From the NCBI GenBank assembly GCA_027923505.1, contig BROI01000034.1:1-64000 (forward strand): a stretch of DNA of 64,000 nucleotides. The letters run 5' to 3'. This document shows positions 47,567 to 58,833 of the stretch, piece after piece. Below the pieces are notes generated by a model. That model worked only from the letters and a program-made list of their open reading frames with translations, did not search any database and had not been told where the DNA came from. Within the stretch, counting starts at the first letter, position 1. Each line of letters begins with the position of its first letter. Both the position numbers and the translations under genes were made by a program. The DNA comes from Mayamaea pseudoterrestris (Eukaryota).

Positions 47567-49315
47567 TTAATCAAACGACTTGCAGCTATGATTCGACCGT
47601 CCCAAACTCTGCTGCGAGTCATGTCGATTTATGCCGCGCATGGGATGCTGCAAATGGTACTTGGCCGCGCTTGACGACCGTCTAACTGGAACAGCCCGAC
47701 CATTCGACGACTCGTTGTCCATCAAACTTCTCGAAGAGTTTTGACTATGCATCGAGTTGGTCCGACCAACGCCGCTGCGAGCGGCTGATTGACCCGTTGA
47801 CAAGCTCCGATTGGAAAGTTGCTTGACAAAGTTGCGGCTCATGGCGGACCGACGCATGCTATCGCATAGTTGCGACATGGCTTCGTTTAATTGAGGGGCA
47901 CCGCCACCAGCCGGAACAGCTCCCGCGGATAAGACTGGCATGACAAGGTTGCCCGACGGCATGGCATGAAACGAGGTGCCGCGTCGTTGCATACTTGCAG
48001 GGTCGTGCAAGGACTGACTCAGCGATTGGTTCATCGCGGAACGCGATTGGAACGTTTGACGTTGGATGTGATGATGATAGGTGTCCCCATGAAGTGAATG
48101 CGAAAGAGAACTATTGTTCGCTGCACGCATCATGATGGGAGCATCTTGGTCGAGCCCTTGCGAAAATGGTGGAGCTTGTTGGTTTTGCATGAGAACAGTC
48201 CTCATTTGCGATAATTGACTCATGCTGGCTGAGCTTTGAGGAACGTACGCTCTTCCTCCAGGAGAGATTCGGACGGATCCAGGAATTGCTTGATTGTATA
48301 CGATTGGAGCAGGAGCAAGAGCATATGCTTGCTGCTGCATGGGCTGCTGCTGCTGCTGCTGCTGCTGCACAAACGGTTGCTGGGGCTCCAAGGATGTCGA
48401 CGCAATATACTGCTGCTGCATCGAGTTGCCATATTGATTTGTCTGGCCTCCTTGATTCATGGTCGCTTGTTGCTGCTGTTGCTGCTGCATTTGCATCAAC
48501 TGCAAGGTCTGCATGTCGTTGAACTGCTGCGACGTTGGCATTTGAGGAGGCATGCCAATGGGAGCTGGTTCAATCTGCCGATGCATCTGAGATGTTTGCT
48601 GCATGTAACTGGCCGGCTGCTGCTGATGCGTTTGCTGATGATGCTGGCCAAGTAAGCTATCATTTGCCATGAACGCCTGCATCGTCGGCTGCGGCGCCTG
48701 ATTTGAATTGTAGCCGTTGTATCCATTCATATTTTGATGATCACTAGACACCATCATGGGAGAAGCCTTCGCCATTCTTCCAGTCGGAATGTTCAGTTGC
48801 GATACCGGAGGTCCTAGAAATTGAAAGTCCTCCGTGGAAGGCTCCGGTGTCGCACCATCGTTTGCGAAGGAATCCACCGTTTCCGGACTGCTGTTCGTGT
48901 TAATGCTCGTATTCATGGCACTTGAAGCAGCCATTGGAGTCTTCATGACATTACTGTCCCCGATAGAATTGTATGGGCTATAGCGCTGATAATTACTGCT
49001 CGACCTTGGAGAGAAGTCTTCATTCGTATCGCGACACGAGGGGAGCGAGTCGTCCTGGAACGTTCCAAACGAGAGTTCGTTCGCGAAACTCTCCTGATAC
49101 TTGTCATACAACGGCAAATTAAGCAGCGCAATAGGATCGAAATCGTCATTCATGCTGCCACCAAGAGCTTCTTCCATCGCGGAGCTCTTCAAGCCTCGCT
49201 CCACGGCAGCGGCCGCTTCTGCCGACAATTCTTTCTCATCCTTCATCGAGTTGCTTGTAGATTCTTCCTCAACTGATGTATGGAGAGAAGCCTCGAGGCC
49301 AACCATGGTGTTCAT
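47567..49315 (-). CDS. Q/S/M-rich intrinsically disordered protein
   Basis: ~580-aa open frame with polyQ tracts and LNEAMSQLCDSMRRSAMSR segment. Exact ends uncertain. Confidence 0.75.
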   Translation of the reverse strand: MNTMVGLEASLHTSVEEESTSNSMKDEKELSAEAAAAVERGLKSSAMEEALGGSMNDDFDPIALLNLPLYDKYQESFANELSFGTFQDDSLPSCRDTNEDFSPRSSSNYQRYSPYNSIGDSNVMKTPMAASSAMNTSINTNSSPETVDSFANDGATPEPSTEDFQFLGPPVSQLNIPTGRMAKASPMMVSSDHQNMNGYNGYNSNQAPQPTMQAFMANDSLLGQHHQQTHQQQPASYMQQTSQMHRQIEPAPIGMPPQMPTSQQFNDMQTLQLMQMQQQQQQQATMNQGGQTNQYGNSMQQQYIASTSLEPQQPFVQQQQQQQQPMQQQAYALAPAPIVYNQAIPGSVRISPGGRAYVPQSSASMSQLSQMRTVLMQNQQAPPFSQGLDQDAPIMMRAANNSSLSHSLHGDTYHHHIQRQTFQSRSAMNQSLSQSLHDPASMQRRGTSFHAMPSGNLVMPVLSAGAVPAGGGAPQLNEAMSQLCDSMRRSAMSRNFVKQLSNRSLSTGQSAARSGVGRTNSMHSQNSSRSLMDNESSNGRAVPVRRSSSAAKYHLQHPMRGINRHDSQQSLGRSNHSCKSFD

Positions 49316-49934
49316 ATTGCCGAAGCCCAAGGAACGTATCCAAAAGTCGAATGAAGGGAAGGAAAATGGCCGAGTCGTTTGCTCTCACCTCTCCGGCTGT
49401 CGGAGATCAGAGTGAGGCAGCCTCAAGACGTTCCGCCGCGCTCACGTAGGTTCAGTACCGTTTGCTACATGCCAAGACCTGCACGCGCAGCTAACATGTG
49501 CCTACTCGTAGAATGCGGAACGACAACGCCCAACAAAGTCGTACACCATAAATTGGAGGCAGTCAGTCATGCTTCAACGTCATTGCCCCCAAACAGCTGA
49601 CTTGTGCGTCAACAATCTTAGCTATGTACTGCACAATGGTGAACAATAACAGCAGGTTGCAAAAAAACAACTGTAGCGGTACCTTTACTTGTCATAGTGT
49701 GTGGTGCCTTGTATGCAGGAAATAGTAAACATGCAGACAAGAAAGCAGCGTGATTAGAGTGATATAGCCGGTTATCCTCGGTTTGATTCGGGAGCATGCT
49801 ACTTTTTAGGGGATAGTGTGACTACATTCCATCTCATACCTGTTAATAATGACGTCAATGCTATACTGTCCTCTACCCATCTATTCTATTGACAACTTAC
49901 TTTGATTTCAACTTAAGATTTATACAAACATTGT

Positions 49935-50310
49935 ATGTGGGTTGCAATGGCATGCTCAAAACCATGCTGGCAAGGTTGAACCATCATACAAATCCCAACT
50001 GAAAATGAGCTGCATTTGGCCACTTGGAGGAACCTACTTGTCTCCATCTACCATGGCCGCTAACTGAATGGCTGCTGTTTTCAATATCAGTGAGGGTTGT
50101 AGAGATTAGGTCCGGATATGATGGCAAGGTAGGATCAGTTCACAAATCCCATCTGATAGTTTGGAGTGTTTGACCTTTGGGAGGAAAACTTACTTACCAT
50201 AATCATATTTACTGACTGATTTTCAAACATCTTATCATTAGAGCTATACATACACCTTATGAGAAATGCAATGGCATGCTCAGAATCATGTTGGTAAGAT
50301 TGAACAAAGT
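49935..50310. repeat. Old degenerate copy of the ~370-bp satellite
   Basis: TTGCAATGGCATGCTCA...CAAGGTTG, CCACTTGGAGGAACCTACTTG and AAATCCCATCTGA are shared with 52676-53920. Confidence 0.75.
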
Positions 50311-50359
50311 TCAGGCGGTCCTAGTGGCAGAGTTGGGTTGAGATACTGAATGGGCTTAA

Positions 50360-50640
50360 AATGAAAGCATTGCACTTTCTACATCATGATACACTGCCTA
50401 TCAACTGCCAGCCATCAATGTATATGACATTGGCATTTTGAGTGGGTCATGGTAGCCTGCTACTATGGACAAGCCAGATGGTCCTACTGGCATGACTTAG
50501 AAACAAGGTAGGCTAGAGATGAATGCATTGCACTTTCTACATCATGAAACAATGCCTGTCAGCTGCCAGCCATCAATGTATACAACATTGGCCGTTGGAG
50601 GGGGTCATGGCAGCCTGCTATTATGGACAAGTTTGGGGCC
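50360..50640. repeat. ~158-bp direct duplication
   Basis: GCATTGCACTTTCTACATCATGA...CTGCCAGCCATCAATGTATA...ATGGACAAG occurs at ~50367 and ~50525. Confidence 0.8.
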
Positions 50641-50689
50641 ACAAAATTCAGCCAGTCCTAATGGCAGAACATCCATAGCTGACTACTAG

Positions 50690-51575
50690 CAGCCTCTGTA
50701 TGGGAGGGCACTTCAGACATCCACACAGGAACCAGCCTGTTACACCATTGCTTTGCTCCATCAATCCTGTTTGGCTATGCTTGGGGACATGCCTGCGGTG
50801 GATTGGTGAAAAAAACAGCGGATTCTAGCAGCTACGTATGGCTCACATTACACACCACAATGGCGCTAACCTTACCCCAATTGTAGTCTTGCTCCATCAA
50901 TTCCATTTGGCTATGCTTGATAACATGCTTGCAGTGAGATTGGTAAAAATCATCCATAGCTGTTTCCAAGCAGCAATGGTATGGGGGGGCAGTTCAGACA
51001 TTTACACAGGAGCCAGCACCATGGTGCTACAGTGCATGGCATTCAAACCTTACCCCAATTGTAGTCTTGCTCCATCAAATCCATTTGGCTATGCTTGATA
51101 ACATGCTTGCAGTGAGATTGGTAAAAAAACATCCATAGCTGTTTCCAAGCAGCTATGGTATGGGAGGGCAGTTCAGACATTTACACAAGAACCAGCACCA
51201 TGGCGCTACAGTGCATGGCATTCAAACCTTATCCCAATTGTAGTCTTGCTCCATCAATTCCATTTGGCTATGCTTGATATCATGCTTGCAGTGAGATTGG
51301 TAAAAAACATCCATAGCTGTTCCAAGCAGCTATGGTATGGGTGGACAATTCAGACATCCACACATGAACCAGCTCCAAGTGCATGGCCTAATTGTAGTAT
51401 TGCTCATCAATCCTGTATTGCTATGCTTGGGGACATGCTTGCGGTGAGATTGGTGCAAAAAATTCATCCATAGTGAATTTCTAGCAGCTATGGTATGGGA
51501 GGGCAATCCAGACATCCACACAGGTACTGCAATATGGTGCTACAGTGCATGGCCTTCCAAACCTACCCCCAATTG
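50690..51575. repeat. ~179-bp tandem satellite, ~5 copies
   Basis: TTGTAGTCTTGCTCCATCAA...GCTATGCTTGATA at 50881, 51059 and 51238, with more degenerate flanking copies. Confidence 0.9.
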
Positions 51576-51589
51576 TCATGTATACATTG

Positions 51590-52580
51590 TGTAAAGGTGG
51601 CAATGGCTGAAAAGGCAATAAGGGCCATAGTTTGACTGGTTCGGATTCATAGACTGCGCTTATGTTCTATCTGGCCCATTTACTCCCACAGCCTTTCCAA
51701 AACTTGAGCTTGCCAGATTCATTTGTGTTTGTTGGCCTCATTGATATCTTGGTCCATGGTGGCAATGTTTGTAATTGATGGGGATGCCCAGTGGACCTGG
51801 TGGTACGGGGTGGAACGTACGTGATACTTAGCTATGTGGAAGCTAGCATGTCTATACCCAAAACTTGAAGGATTTGCATGACCACCACTGTTGTAGTGGA
51901 TGATTGACCTTACCAAAAGCTTGGTGAAAGGTGGGAAGGCTTCAAATGATGGGGATGGCCAAAGTTTTGCGGGTGCTGCCACTGCTGCTGCGTGACATAC
52001 AGTCACACGGAATACAGCGTATCTACTCCTGTTTCTGCATGAGTTGTCAAACTTTGTATATGTCATAGTACCTCACATATACCTCATCTAAAGGTGGCAA
52101 TGGCTGAAAAGGCAATCAGGGCCATAGTTTGACTGGTTCGGATTCATTGACTGCAAAGTTCTGTGGGTGCTGCTGCTGCTTTTGTGTGACGTACATTCGC
52201 ACAGAATACAGCGTATCTACTTCTGTTTTACCAGGAAAACATGAGATGTCAAACTTTGTATGTGTCATATTACCTCACGTATACCTTGTCTAAAGGTGGT
52301 AATGGCTAAAAAGACAATCAGGGCCATAGTTTGACTGGTTCGGATTCATAGACTGCGCTTTGTTCTATTTGGCCCGTCTACTCCCACAGCTTTCCCAAAA
52401 CTTGAGCTTGCCAGGTTTGTTTGGTTTTGATGGCCTCAATGATAGTTTGGCCCATGGTGGCAATGTTGGTAGTTGATGGGGATGCCCAGCGGACCTGGTG
52501 GCGTGGTGTGGTGTGGCGACGTACGGGATACTTAGCTATGTGGAAGCTAGCATGTCTGTACCCAAAACTTGAGAGATTTG
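51590..52580. repeat. ~500-bp repeat family (full, internally deleted and partial copies; a further copy at ~53920-54318)
   Basis: AAAGGTGG(C/T)AATGGCT at 51593, 52090 and 52292. AAAACTTGAGCTTGCCAG at ~51699, ~52397 and ~53943. Confidence 0.85.
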
Positions 52581-52675
52581 CCAAGATCCTTATTTCAGGT
52601 GCATAGCAAGATGGATTGCAAGATGGATTGCCTGGCTGGTCCCTTTGTAAACTGCAATGTGACTGGTGAGATCAA

Positions 52676-53920
52676 CTGAAAGTTTGATGTGGTTGACCAC
52701 TTGGAGGAACCTACTTGCTACAAACACGCACATCCACTGACTGATGTGCTTCCTTTTTGGACCATCTCAGCTTTTGACTTTGTCAAACAACTTATGCTGA
52801 TTGCAATGGCATGCTCAGAATAATGCTAGCAAGGTTGGATGTCACACTAAACCCAAATGGAAGTTTGCTGTGTTTGCCACATGGTAAAGCCTACTTGTCT
52901 CAGTCTCAGTTCCACCACAGCCACTGACTGAACTGCTGCCGTTTTCAAAGATATAAGCCTTGAACATTGTGAAGCACCGTCTGCAGATTGCAGTTGCAGG
53001 TTCGGATTCATGGTGACGAGGTTGGATCATTTCATAAATCCCATCTGAAAGTTTGATGTGGTTGACCACTTTGGAGGAACCTACTTGCTACAATCACGCA
53101 TATCCACTGACTGATGTGCTTCCATTTTGGACCATCTCAGCCTTTGACTTTGTCAAACAACTTATGCTGATTGCAATGGCATGCTCAGAATAATGCTAGC
53201 AAGGTTGGATTATCACACTAAACGCAACTGAAAGTTTGCTGTGTGTGCCACATGGTAAAGCCTACTTGTCTCAGTCTCGGTTGCACCGCAGCCACTGACT
53301 GAACTGCTGCCATTTTCAAAGATCCAAGCCTTGGACCTAGTCAAGTACCATCTGCAGATTGCAGTTGCAGGTTCGGATTCATGATGACAAGGTTGGATCA
53401 TTAAATAAATCCCATCTGAAAGTTTGATGTGGTTGACCACTTGGAGAAACCTACTTGCTACAATCACACACATCCACTGACTGATGTGCTTCCTTTTTGG
53501 ACCATACCAGCCTTTGACTTTGTCAAACAACTTATGCTGATTGCAATGGCATGCTCAGAATAATGCTAACAAGGTTGGATTATCACACTAAACCCAACTG
53601 AAAGTTTGCTGTGTTTGCCACATGGTATAGTCTACTTGTCTCCTTCTCAGTTGCACCGCAGCCACTGACTGATCTGCTGCTGTTTTCAAAGATATAAGCC
53701 TTGAACATTGTGAAGCACCGTCTGCAGATTGCAGTTGCAGGTTCGGATTCATGGTGACGAGGTTGGATCATTTCATAAATCCCATCTGAAAGTTTGATGT
53801 GGTTGACCACTTGGAGGAACCTACTTGCTACAATCACGCACATCCACTGACTGATGTGCTATCTTTTTGAACCATCTCAGCCTTTGACTTTGTCAAACAA
53901 CTTCTGCTGATTGCAATGGC
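52676..53920. repeat. ~370-bp satellite (dimer of two diverged ~185-bp subunits), ~3.4 copies; another copy at ~58465-58833
   Basis: CTGAAAGTTTGATGTGGTTGACCAC at 52676, 53045, 53416, 53786 and 58486. Related CTGAAAGTTTGCTGTG lies about halfway between. Confidence 0.92.
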
Positions 53921-54582
53921 CCATCTACTCCACAGCTTTGCCAAAACTTGAGCTTGCCAGGTTTGTTTGGTTTTGTTGGCTTCATTGATCATTTTGCCCA
54001 TGGTGGCAATGTTAGTTATTGATGGGGATGCCCAGCGGACCTGGTGGCATGGTGTGGCGACGTACGGGATACTTAGCTATGTGGAAGCTAGCATGTCTAC
54101 TCCCAAAACTTGAAGGATTTGCATGACTGCCAAGGTTGTAGAGGATGATTGACCTTACCAAAATTTTCTTGAAAGGTGGGAATGCTTCACATGATGGGGA
54201 TGGCCAAAGTTTTGCGGGTGCTGCCACTGCTGCTGCTGCCACTGCTGCTGCGTGACATACAGTCACATGGAATACAGCGTATCTACTCCTGTTTTGCCAG
54301 GAACACATGAGTTGTCCAACAGACATCAGCCAAGCCTACCATCATGTAGCGCAGCCTGAATAATGATGTTAGCACCATTCTGGTGTATTTTGGGCACCTA
54401 CAGGGCTTGCTGTAGGAACGTTTGAATGTCATGGCTTCGCGGGCTGAGACTGGTGACAAGTTGTCACCAAATACATTGCCATCCCCTGAGACACCAGCCA
54501 AGCCTACCATTTTGTAGCGCAGCCGGAATAATGATGTGGTCACCATTCTGGTGTATTTTGGGCACCTACAGGGCTTGTTGGA

Positions 54583-55863
54583 TGACACGATAATATCAGA
54601 CGAACCTTTATTCCAGCGACTACAATGGACTAGGAGCGATCAACCTCTTCGTCCAGCGTAAAGCAAACAAACAAACTCAATTGCTAGAATAGTGCGTGTT
54701 ACTCGCTACTCTACTCGTGCGCTTCTTTCTCATTCTCACTGGGTTCACGGTCGAGGTTCACGCCTCGATCGTCAGCGATTTCACTCATGTATGTGAGGAT
54801 TCGGTCACAATTGTGACTCAACCCTGCACAGGATTAAATGCATACAAAACACAGGTAGCTAACCGTCTTGTCATGAGACGCAGGTCAACTCAACTCAATA
54901 ATATTGTGTCATCCCCCTTGATCTAGGCTTGTGACAACGATTGACACGATAATATCAGACGAACCTTTATTCCAGCGACTACAATGGACTAGGAGCGATC
55001 AACCTCTTCGTCCAGCGTAAAGCAAACAAACAAACTCAATTGCTAGAATAGTGCGTGTTACTCGCTACTCTACTCGTGCGCTTCTTTCTCATTCTCACTG
55101 GGTTCACGGTCAGGTTTAACGCCTCGATCGTCAGCATTCACTCATGTATGTGAGGATTCGGTCACAATTGTGACTCAACCCTGCACAGGATTAAATGCAT
55201 ACAAAACACAGGTAGCTAACCGTCTTGTCATGAGACGCAGGTCAACTCAACTCAATAATATTGTGTCATCCCCCTTGATCTAGGCTTGTGACAACGATTG
55301 TTTTCCTCACTGTAACGCAACCATGATAGTGAATACCTCGCTTCGCAAGTCCTTTCTACACAACAACCGCTCTCAATGCGGCCGAGCCTTATACGATCCT
55401 GTTCCTGCGCTCGTGCCAAGTATTCGGATTGACGCCGCCTGGAATCTGCTCTTTCTCTCTCAATTTCTCGATTCTTTCACTCTCTCTTTCGCACAGCTCT
55501 CTCAGGTCAAGACAAGCTAGCAAGACTGTTAATCTGACACGATAATATCAGACGAACCTTTATTCCAGCGACTACAATGGACTAGGAGCGATCAACCTCT
55601 TCGTCCAGCGTAAAGCAAACAAACAAACTCAATTGCTAGAATAGTGCGTGTTACTCGCTACTCTACTCGTGCGCTTCTTTCTCATTCTCACTGGGTTCAC
55701 GGTCGAGGTTCACGCCTCGATCGTCAGCGATTTCACTCATGTATGTGAGGATTCGGTCACAATTGTGACTCAACCCTGCACAGGATTAAATGCATACAAA
55801 ACACAGGTAGCTAACCGTCTTGTCATGAGACGCAGGTCAACTCAACTCAATAATATTGTGTCA
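54583..55863 (-). mobile_element. Non-autonomous miniature LTR retrotransposon (TRIM-like) with three LTRs (54583-54911, 54942-55268, 55535-55863)
   Basis: TGACAC...GTGTCA LTRs of 329/327/329 bp. TSD TTGGA at 54578-54582 and 55864-55868 restores the satellite sequence. PPT AAGGGGGA on the minus strand. Internal region is 266 bp and non-coding. Confidence 0.93.
55520..55534 (-). promoter_or_regulatory. Putative primer-binding site complementary to a tRNA-Asn(GTT) anticodon arm
   Basis: The minus strand directly after the 5' LTR reads GATTAACAGTCTTGC. Its complement GCAAGA-CT-GTT-AA-TC has anticodon-arm geometry. Confidence 0.7.
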
Positions 55864-58833
55864 TTGGAGGGGTGTTTGAATGTCACAGCATTTGCAGGCT
55901 GTGACTGGTGACAAGTTGTCACCAAATACATTGCCATCCCCTAAGACACCAGCCAAGCCTACCATCTTGTAGCGCAGCCTGAATAATGATGTTGGCACCA
56001 TTCTGGTGTATTTTGGGCACCTACAAGGCTTGCTGTAGGAGCGTTTGAATGTCATTGCATCCGCAGGCTGAGACTGGTGACAAGTTGTCACCAAATACAT
56101 TGCCATCACCTGAGACACCAGCTAAGCCTACCATCTTGTAGCACAGCCTGAATAATAATGATGTAATAATGATGGTAGCACCATTCTGGTGTATTTTGGG
56201 CACCTACAGGGCTTGCTGTAGGAACATTTGAATTTCACGGCAATTGCGGGCTGAGACTGGTGACAAGTTGTCACCAAATACATTGCCATCCCCTGAGACA
56301 CCAGCCAAGCCTACCATCTTGTAGAGCAGCCTGCATAATGATGTTGGCACCATTCTAGTGTATTTTGGGCACCTACAGGGCTTGTTGGAGGGGTGTTTGA
56401 ATGTCACAGCATTTGCGGGCTGTGACTGGTGACAAATTGTCACCAAATACATTGCCATCCCCTGAGACACCAGCCAAGCCTACCATCTTGTAGCAAAGCC
56501 TGAATAATGATGTTGGCAACATTCTGGTGTATTTTGGGCACCTACAGGGCTTGCTGTAGGGGCGTTTGAATGTCATGGCATCTGCGGGCTGAGACTGGTG
56601 ACAAGTTGTCACCAAATACATTGCCATCCCTTGAGACACCAGCCAAGCCTACCATCTTGTAGCGCAGCCTGAATAATGATGTTGGCACCATTCTGGTGTA
56701 TTTTGGGCACCTACAGGGCTTGCTGTAGGGGCGTTTGAATGTCACGGCATCCGCAGGCTGAGACTGGTGACAAGTTGTCACCAAATACATTGCCATCCCC
56801 TGAGACACCAGCCAAGCCTACCATCTTGTAGCGCAGCCTGAATAATGATGTTGGCACCATTCTGGTGTATTTTGGGCACCTACAGGGCTTGCTGTAGGGG
56901 CGTTTGAATGTCACAGCAATTGCGGGCTGAGACTGGTGACAAGTTGTCACCAAATACATTGCCATCCCCTGAGACACCAGCCAAGCCTACCATTTTGTAG
57001 AGCAGCCTGAATAATGATGTTGGCACCATTCTAGTGTATTTTGGGCACCTACAGGGCTTGTTGGAGGGGTGTTTAAATGTCCCAGCATTTGCGGGCTGTG
57101 ACTGGTGACAAATTGTCACCAAATACATTGCCATCCCCTGAGACACCAGCCAAGCCTACCATCTTGTAGCGTAGCCTGAATAATGATGTTGGCACCATTC
57201 TGGTGTATTTTGGGCACCTACAGGGCTTGCTGTAGGGGCGTTTGAATGTCATGGCATCTGCGGGCTGAGACTGGTGACAAGTTGTCACCAAATACATTGC
57301 CATCCCCTGAGACACCAGCCAAGCCTACCATCTTGTAGCGCAGCCTGTATAATGATGGTGGAACCATTCTGGTGTATTTTGGGCACCTACAGGGCATGCT
57401 GTAGGGGCGTTTGAATGTCACAGCATCCGCGGGCTGAGACTGGTGACAAGTTTTCACCAAATACATTGCCATCCCCTGAGACACCAGCCAAGCCTGCCAT
57501 CTTGTAGCGTAGCCTGAATAATGATGTTGGCACCATTCTGGTGTATTTTGGGCACCTACAGGGCTTGCTGTAGGGGCGTTTGAATGTCATGGCATCTGCG
57601 GGCTGAGACTGGTGACAAGTTGTCACCAAATACATTGCCATCCCTTGAGACACCAGCCAAGCCTACCATCATGTAGCGCAGCCTGAATAATGATGTTGGC
57701 ACCATTCTGGTGTATTTTGGACACCTACAGGGCTTGCTGTAGGGGCGTTTGAATGTCACAGCAATTGTGGGCTGAGACTGGTGACAAGTTGTCACCAAAT
57801 ACATTGCCATCCCCTGGGACACCAGCTAAGCCTACCATGTTGTAGCGCAGCCTGCACAATGATGTTGGCACCATTCTGGTGTATTTTGGGTAACTACAGG
57901 GCTTGCTATAGGGGCGTTTGAATGTCATGGCATCCGCGGGCTGAGACTGGTGACAAATTGTCACCAGATACATTGCCATCCCTGAGACACCAGCCAAGCC
58001 TACCATCTTGTAGAGCAGCCTGAATAATGAGGTTGGCATCATTCTGGTGTATTTTGGGCACCTGCAGGGCTTGCTGTAGGGGCATTTGAATGTCACAGCA
58101 TTTGTGGGCTGAGACTGGTGACAAATTGCCACCAAATACATTGCCATCCCCTGAGACACCAGCCAAGCCTACCATCTTGTAGCGCAGCCTGAATAATGAT
58201 GTTGGCTCCATTCTGGTGTATTTTGGGCACCTACAAGGCTTGCTGTAGGGGTAACACCATGGAATAGTCTGCAGGCTGGGTGTGGCCAACACCCCACATT
58301 ATGGAGTCATACCACTACAGTGCCCCGTAACCTGGCCACCCAAATACCCAATGAGTCAAGCAAAACATGTCCAGGGTATGCCATTGACAGGTGCAGAGTC
58401 TCAGATGGTGCAAAAAGGACTGCCTGGAGACTGACACCATGGGTACGGCCTCCACTGTGGGTGTTGGATCATTTCAAAATCCCATCTGAAAGTTTGATGT
58501 GGTTGACCACTTGGAGGAACCTACTTGCTACAATCATGCACATCCACTGACTGATGTGCTTCCTTTTTGGACCATCTCGGCCTTTGACTTTGTCAAACAA
58601 CTTACGCTGATTGCAATGGCATGCTCAGAATAATGCTAGCAAGGTTGGATTGTCACACTAAACCCAAATGAAAGTTTGCTGTGTTTGCCACATGGTAAAG
58701 CCTACTTGTCTCAGTCTCAGTTGCACGGCAGCCACTGACTGAACTGCTGCCGCTTTCAAAGATCCAAGCCTTGGACCTTGTCAAATACCATCTGCAGATT
58801 GCAGTTGCAGGTTCGGATTCATGGTGACAAGGT

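Larger units (their letters stand above)
54321..58250. repeat. 169-bp tandem satellite, ~15.5 copies, interrupted by an LTR element at 54583-55863
   Basis: GAGACACCAGCCAAGCCTACCATCTTGTAGCGCAGCCTGAATAATGATGTTGGCACCATTCTGGTG... recurs every 169 bp (ORF-track offsets 56204/56373/56542/56711). Confidence 0.97.

Noticed and set aside
48340..48490. (GCT)n microsatellite
   Set aside because: Explained as polyglutamine codons of the 47567-49315 gene.
54696..54926. 76-aa hydrophobic ORF (also at 55648 and 58947)
   Set aside because: Lies inside the LTR, starts with GTG, is antisense to pol and has no recognisable motif.
55500..55560. tRNA-Asn gene
   Set aside because: Only the anticodon-arm 15-mer is present, with no D/T arms or acceptor stem. 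Interpreted as a PBS.
55861..58292. Series of 88-aa ORFs
   Set aside because: Frame-rotating translations of the 169-bp satellite.
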